From an uncultured Gammaproteobacteria bacterium (GTDB lineage Bacteria > Patescibacteriota > Microgenomatia > 2-02-FULL-39-11), in assembly GCA_964362665.1 (NCBI GenBank), contig CAYIFB010000004.1, positions 13,349 through 77,348 on the forward strand: DNA of 64,000 bases, read 5' to 3'. The notes beneath the pieces were generated by a model. The model searched no databases and had not been told where the DNA came from. It saw nothing but the letters and a program-made list of their open reading frames with translations. Of this stretch, positions 59,118-64,000 are shown piece after piece. Positions within the stretch are counted from its first letter, which is position 1. Each line of letters begins with the position of its first letter. The position numbers and the translations under genes are program-made.

Positions 59118-59200
59118 AATTCCTCCCAAGCAAATCCCTGTCCTTTGACAAGGATAATAATCGAGAGAATAATGATAGATGCACCTGTTTGAATCAACAC
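59105..59200 (-). CDS. ilvL: ilv operon leader peptide (GTG start)
   Basis: MLIQTGASIIILSIIILVKGQGFAWEELIRN*; Ile/Leu/Val control run IIILSIIILV. Confidence 0.8.
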   Translation of the reverse strand: MLIQTGASIIILSIIILVKGQGFAWEELIRN

Positions 59201-59219
59201 AATGGTCTAATATACCAAA

Positions 59220-61316
59220 CTAAACTTTTAAAGTCAACATGAAACTCTTAACTTTAGTCCATTGTTCACCGGCATTAAGATATAAATAATCGAGAAGTTG
59301 CATTGGATTGAGAAGACATTTTTTTATTTCCTTCTTGCAGTCTGTAATGAATTTGATAGGAATATTTTTTGCAATATCAACTCCATCTGCCGTGATGGAA
59401 ATAGTGGTTGATAACGGAATATTTGAGGTAATATCAACAAACCAAGGTTTAATCCTGTATGAATAATCCGACGGCATTTGCACCTTCAAATCTGAAAGGT
59501 GATCACCTGTAACTTGGATATTTTGTACTGATGTAGGTCGGCCTAACTTATTTAACGGTAGAATAAAAAGCCTCAAGGGATTTCTACCGGCAACGGCAGT
59601 TTTATTATTCCAGTAAAATATGGAGTGGTCGGAATCCACTTTCAGACCGGATTTATCCGGCTGAAACACAGGATTAAGTTTTTGGAGTTTCGTAATATTT
59701 TCAATTGGCGTTAAATATATTGAATTCTCATCTTGGGAAAAAGTAAAAAATGGTGTGAATTCTTCTTCAACTCTCCAACCTGCTAACAGCATATTCTTTT
59801 CGGGTTTAAAGAATAAATCAAATTGATTGGGAAAACTTATAACTTGTGGCATATCTGATGAAAACAAATTATTCAGAACCATATCTTTTGAATTCGTGAA
59901 TTTCGCCTGAAGATTTTTACTCAAAATTATTTTCGCCGGTTGCAAGATAATAGAATTATTTTGTTTGTCTCTAAAAGTTATTACTACCTCACTCGTTTTA
60001 TCATCTAAATCGAAATCTCCCTGACCAATTTCAATTCCAAAAGAACTTGTCTCTATATCCGACTTATTTTCACTGATAAAGTTTTTTGTATTTTTAAAAT
60101 TTGTTTTTACTGAAGTAGCAAACGTTTTCGAGCCGTCAATTAAATAAGGAACCGTCCAATATGAATAATCTGCACTCGCAGGCTCCTTATAATACGGATC
60201 CTCTATCGGGGTAAATACTCTCAAATCATCCAAAATTAATTTTTTGTTTTTTAATAATATCCGGGCGCGGTAATTTTTCCCGAAATACCAGAGTACTCCA
60301 ATTTTACTTTTATCATTGAAATCTTTCTTCAGAAAAAACGGCGGATTTCCCGCGTATTTATTTTGAAAAGTTTCAGCATAATCAGAAGGCGAAATTACTT
60401 TTAACTTTCCACTTTTAACTAAATCCGAGAGATATTCCAACTGCCTCAAGTATTCCTGTCCGTATTTATCCCAAGGGTATGAGTTTTCAAAACCCAAAAC
60501 TCCAAAGCGGAATTCTGACGGTTGACTGACCGCGTCATCCACTAATGACTTAAAATAAGTGATGTCCTTTTTTTGAGGATTTTCCAAATAGTCGTTGGGC
60601 TGGGAAGTGAAGTATGATTTGGGAGATCCGTAATTGTGCAGGAGATCGCTTACCGTCTGGCGAATCATGACAATTCCTAATTTATCGCCGAAATTGCCCG
60701 GGATTAAGGGGTGATTTAAAGCCGGGTAATAGGGAGCATTGAATATTCCTCCCTCCAGAGAATAAGAATCGGTTTCATACTGCTCTTTGGTCAATTCATG
60801 CAAAATGACCCCGTATTGGTCATGAATATATTTTAAAGACCAGCTGTCGATCATCCAGGCAGAAGTATATGAGGGAAAATAGCCAAACTTTGCTTTAAAT
60901 TTGCCAAAAGCCGTATCGATCAGCTTCTTGCGATCTTCTTGTGAATAACCCAGTAGCATGGAATTTTTCGCGAAGAACCAATCTGTACTTTGAGAATTTA
61001 AAGATCCACTGTATTTCACCTTTGCCTCAATTGCTAATCGTGGTGTAATTTCCAAAAGTAACCCCGGATCTTTGATTTTTTTTATTTTGTCAAAGATTAC
61101 AGGATCATCAAAGACGTCGTAACGGATAGTCCAACCCATCGGTAGTGTTTGAAGTTTTTCAGATTCTAAAACTTCATCAATAAGCTCCTCGCTCCCTTTA
61201 TCACAGCAATTTTCGTTTCCCCTAATTTGGTTAATAATTAAAAAATTTGCCTCACTGGCATATACAGGTTTAATCGTGCTAATTAAAAGCACAAGAAATA
61301 CAAAGAAATACATCAT
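59220..61316 (-). CDS. Secreted protein with glycoside hydrolase/deacetylase-like N-terminal domain
   Basis: Signal peptide; F...FGYFP....AW.ID, EQY.TD.Y...GG....PYYP. Confidence 0.55.
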   Translation of the reverse strand: MMYFFVFLVLLISTIKPVYASEANFLIINQIRGNENCCDKGSEELIDEVLESEKLQTLPMGWTIRYDVFDDPVIFDKIKKIKDPGLLLEITPRLAIEAKVKYSGSLNSQSTDWFFAKNSMLLGYSQEDRKKLIDTAFGKFKAKFGYFPSYTSAWMIDSWSLKYIHDQYGVILHELTKEQYETDSYSLEGGIFNAPYYPALNHPLIPGNFGDKLGIVMIRQTVSDLLHNYGSPKSYFTSQPNDYLENPQKKDITYFKSLVDDAVSQPSEFRFGVLGFENSYPWDKYGQEYLRQLEYLSDLVKSGKLKVISPSDYAETFQNKYAGNPPFFLKKDFNDKSKIGVLWYFGKNYRARILLKNKKLILDDLRVFTPIEDPYYKEPASADYSYWTVPYLIDGSKTFATSVKTNFKNTKNFISENKSDIETSSFGIEIGQGDFDLDDKTSEVVITFRDKQNNSIILQPAKIILSKNLQAKFTNSKDMVLNNLFSSDMPQVISFPNQFDLFFKPEKNMLLAGWRVEEEFTPFFTFSQDENSIYLTPIENITKLQKLNPVFQPDKSGLKVDSDHSIFYWNNKTAVAGRNPLRLFILPLNKLGRPTSVQNIQVTGDHLSDLKVQMPSDYSYRIKPWFVDITSNIPLSTTISITADGVDIAKNIPIKFITDCKKEIKKCLLNPMQLLDYLYLNAGEQWTKVKSFMLTLKV

Positions 61317-62840
61317 TTATGTTTCATCCCTTACGCGGTACTGTAAAGCTTCGGCAATATGGGATGTCAAAACCTCTGTTTCTCCGGATAAATCAGCAAT
61401 GGTCCTGCCGACTTTAATTATCCTGTAGTAAGTGCGGGCGGAAAAACGCATGGCGGTAACGGCCTGTTTCAGAAGATTCAAACAACTTTCCGATAAAATA
61501 ATTTTTTCTTTGATAAAGCGTGCGGTCATGTCAGAGTTACAGACAAAATCGGTTTTGGCAAACCGCTTGCTTTGGAGATTCCTCGCTTTCTGGACCCTTT
61601 TTCTGACATCTTTTGACGACTCGCTTTTAAAATTACCTGTTAATTTTTCCGCAGTTACAGGAGGAAGATCAATATGCAGGTCAATTCTGTCCAAAATCGG
61701 GCCGGATATTCTTTTTTTGTATTGGGAAATTTGTCCAGGCAGACAGCGGCAGTTTTTTACTTTGTCTCCGAAGTATCCGCAGGGGCAGGGGTTGCTGGCT
61801 GCAATAAGCACAAATTTGGCTGGATAAGTGACTGTACCTACCGCCCGGGAAATAGTCACAATCCCGTCTTCAATCGGCTGGCGAAGAGACTCCAGAACGT
61901 GGCGCGGAAATTCCGGAAATTCATCCAGAAACAACACCCCGCGGTGCGCCATAGATATTTCACCGGGTGTTGGTTTAGTCCCTCCTCCAATCAGTCCAAT
62001 CCGGGACGTTGTATGGTGGGGAGCCCGGAAGGGCCGGACGGTAATAACTGATGCTCCTTCGGGAATACTCCCTGTGATTGAATAAATTTTGGTAACCTCT
62101 AGAGCCTCTTGTTCTGTTAATGTCGGCAAAATACCGGGAAGGGCCCGGGCAAGCATGGTTTTTCCTGCCCCCGGCACGCCTTTCATAAAAAGATTATGCC
62201 CGCCGGCGGCGCTAATCTCGAGCGCCCTTTTCCCGAGCTCCTGACCTGAAATTTCTGACAGATCAAACTCCGGATATATTTTTTCTTCCAGAGTATGAAA
62301 GGGGATGTTGGGATGAAATTTTATCGGCAAAGTTTTATTCAAATGACGGAAAAGTTCGAGGATCGAGGTGACCGGATAAATTTTAATGCCTTTGACAATC
62401 GCCGCTTCGCGGGCGTTCACAAACGGCAGGAAAACCGAGTCAAATTTTTTTTCTTTAGCAAGAAGAGTAAGAGGAAGTATTCCCTTGGTGTGGCGAAGCG
62501 TTCCATCCAGAGACAGCTCGCCGAAAAATAGAGAGTCATTCACGTCGCAGACTAATTGTTCTGACGCCATCAGAATCCCCAAAGCAATCGGCAAATCGTA
62601 GGATGGCCCTTCTTTGGGAAGATCAGCCGGGGCAAGATTGACCGTAATCCTGTGCGGAGGAAACTCTGCTCCAGAATTTTTGATGGCGGATCGCACTCTT
62701 TCCTTTGATTCCTCAATTGATTTTGAAGGAAGCCCGACTATAGTAAAAGAAGGCAGTGACTGGGAGGAAATATCCACCTCTACGGTCACAGGTAAACAAT
62801 TTAATCCAATAGTAGCTCCAGACATCACTTTTGCCAGCAT
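61317..62840 (-). CDS. comM: YifB/ComM Mg-chelatase-like AAA+ ATPase
   Basis: VNLAPADLPKEG..YDL, G.PGAGKT, PFRAPHH, LDEFPEF, NPCPCG, SAR. Confidence 0.95.
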   Translation of the reverse strand: MLAKVMSGATIGLNCLPVTVEVDISSQSLPSFTIVGLPSKSIEESKERVRSAIKNSGAEFPPHRITVNLAPADLPKEGPSYDLPIALGILMASEQLVCDVNDSLFFGELSLDGTLRHTKGILPLTLLAKEKKFDSVFLPFVNAREAAIVKGIKIYPVTSILELFRHLNKTLPIKFHPNIPFHTLEEKIYPEFDLSEISGQELGKRALEISAAGGHNLFMKGVPGAGKTMLARALPGILPTLTEQEALEVTKIYSITGSIPEGASVITVRPFRAPHHTTSRIGLIGGGTKPTPGEISMAHRGVLFLDEFPEFPRHVLESLRQPIEDGIVTISRAVGTVTYPAKFVLIAASNPCPCGYFGDKVKNCRCLPGQISQYKKRISGPILDRIDLHIDLPPVTAEKLTGNFKSESSKDVRKRVQKARNLQSKRFAKTDFVCNSDMTARFIKEKIILSESCLNLLKQAVTAMRFSARTYYRIIKVGRTIADLSGETEVLTSHIAEALQYRVRDET

Positions 62841-62968
62841 TAAGGAAAGTGTAGTATGAAGCCGGAAGATTAGTCAATGAATATAGCATCCCCATAAATT
62901 ATGATAAACTTTATCAAAGTTAAGAAAGATCATAAATATGACAATAGAATTGTGATAAATTAACCTAT

Positions 62969-63553
62969 ATGTTTTTATTAAAAGATGATTGCTGGCAAAT
63001 AAAAAAAACAGAAGGAAAAGGATATGGAGTTTTCGCCAAAAAAGAGATAAAAGCCGGCACCGTAATCGGTGACTACCTTGGAAAAGTAATAAATATCGCC
63101 GAGTATGATCTGGATAACGATAAAAAAGGGCTTTATTTAATGTACTTTACAGACACTGCTTCAATTTACCCAAATTTAAAAAAACCCGGCATCCACCTTC
63201 TGAACCATTCTTGCACACCAAACTGCTGGATTTATACCTACCGTGGCCACACTCTGTTTTTTGCGCTAAGAAAAATTGAGCCTTACGAAGAACTAACAAT
63301 CTCCTACCTGCTTAGTCCAAAAGACGAAACCTGTAAACCCTGCATGCATACCTGCAGATGCAGCAGTAATTTTTGCACCGGCACGATGCACCTCTCAAAA
63401 GATAATTACGAAAGATGGCAAAAATTTCAAAATGAAGAAAAGAAGAAAACTAAAACGGTAAAATTTGTCTTTGGTAAAAATCTGCCAAAACTCGCCTCTT
63501 ATCCAAAAAAAATCCCCTATAACCCAATCTATGCAATGATTTGTTCCTCCTAG
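62969..63553 (+). CDS. SET-domain protein with post-SET motif
   Basis: GKGYGVFA, NHSCTPN, EELTISY, CRC....C.G. Confidence 0.92.
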   Translation: MFLLKDDCWQIKKTEGKGYGVFAKKEIKAGTVIGDYLGKVINIAEYDLDNDKKGLYLMYFTDTASIYPNLKKPGIHLLNHSCTPNCWIYTYRGHTLFFALRKIEPYEELTISYLLSPKDETCKPCMHTCRCSSNFCTGTMHLSKDNYERWQKFQNEEKKKTKTVKFVFGKNLPKLASYPKKIPYNPIYAMICSS

Positions 63554-63592
63554 AAGACGCTGAAATTCACAATGGACGCTGTGTTCAATTTT

Positions 63593-63988
63593 CTAATGAA
63601 CTGTGGGTAAATCTTTTTCCGAAAAGCCTCCTCGGCACCACTCTGTATAATCAAACTTTTTCAGATCATGTAATATTATCCTTGACCTGTCCACCCAATT
63701 GAGAATAATCTGGTCGGCAGATGACTGCGCTTTATCCAGTAACGCATTTATTATCGCGATATCCCTTTCAAAATGTTTTGAGGCGCTGGTTCCTACCAGA
63801 GAGTAAAGACACTTCAAAATAGAGGCTCTCTGCGGACAATTTTGATCTGAGGCAAGGGTGAGCAAAAGATCGGCATTATCTATAATAGTTATCAGTTCAT
63901 CCCACTCCGGTATGGACTTCTGTTTTGATTTTTGGTATGCCCATTTTGTTATAGAAAGAGAAGAAGTAATAGAAAAAGATTTTATCAT
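63593..63988 (-). CDS. Hypothetical protein
   Basis: 131-aa ORF; no recognised motif. Confidence 0.55.
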   Translation of the reverse strand: MIKSFSITSSLSITKWAYQKSKQKSIPEWDELITIIDNADLLLTLASDQNCPQRASILKCLYSLVGTSASKHFERDIAIINALLDKAQSSADQIILNWVDRSRIILHDLKKFDYTEWCRGGFSEKDLPTVH

Positions 63989-64000
63989 TATATTTCCTTC

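Noticed and set aside
1038-62895. Numerous 60-146 aa ORFs nested in or antisense to long genes
   Set aside because: Shadow frames of well-supported genes with no independent motifs or expression signals.
1-64000. CRISPR array, tRNA/rRNA genes, transposase or integrase
   Set aside because: No regularly spaced repeats, cloverleaf/T-loop motifs or recombinase motifs were seen by eye. A tRNAscan or CRISPR scan would be the formal check.

Overview
AT-rich bacterial chromosomal window, standard genetic code. The gene content (short GAD-less AspRS, UPF0182, DUF3048/DUF4446/DUF5679-like proteins, GT-C glycosyltransferases, stand-alone VirD4/HerA-like ATPase) suggests a CPR/Patescibacteria (Microgenomates-like) genome; this is inference. 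No rRNA, tRNA, CRISPR array, transposase or integrase was seen. Main blocks: (1) 1-12.4 kb, envelope and miscellaneous genes. (2) 12.4-27.5 kb, a copper/thiol-homeostasis island (OmpR-type two-component system, CopB- and CopA-type ATPases, chaperone, rhodanese, DsrE, PadR, CcdA, cupredoxin); four of its promoters carry the same 11-bp-periodic TTCAT direct-repeat box. (3) 27.5-48.5 kb, housekeeping genes, including ppcA-aspartate aminotransferase-aspS behind a T-box riboswitch with an ultra-short Stem I and an Asp (GAC) specifier. (4) 49-59 kb, convergent leuACDB and ilvB-ilvN-thrC-like-ridA-ilvE operons, each with an unannotated leader-peptide attenuator; LeuA lacks its regulatory domain, while the ThrC-like enzyme carries a LeuA/CimA-type one. 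The two strongest novelty candidates are the Asp-specific ultra-short T-box and the ThrC-regulatory-domain fusion next to RidA. All family calls are from motif recognition by eye; no database searches were run.
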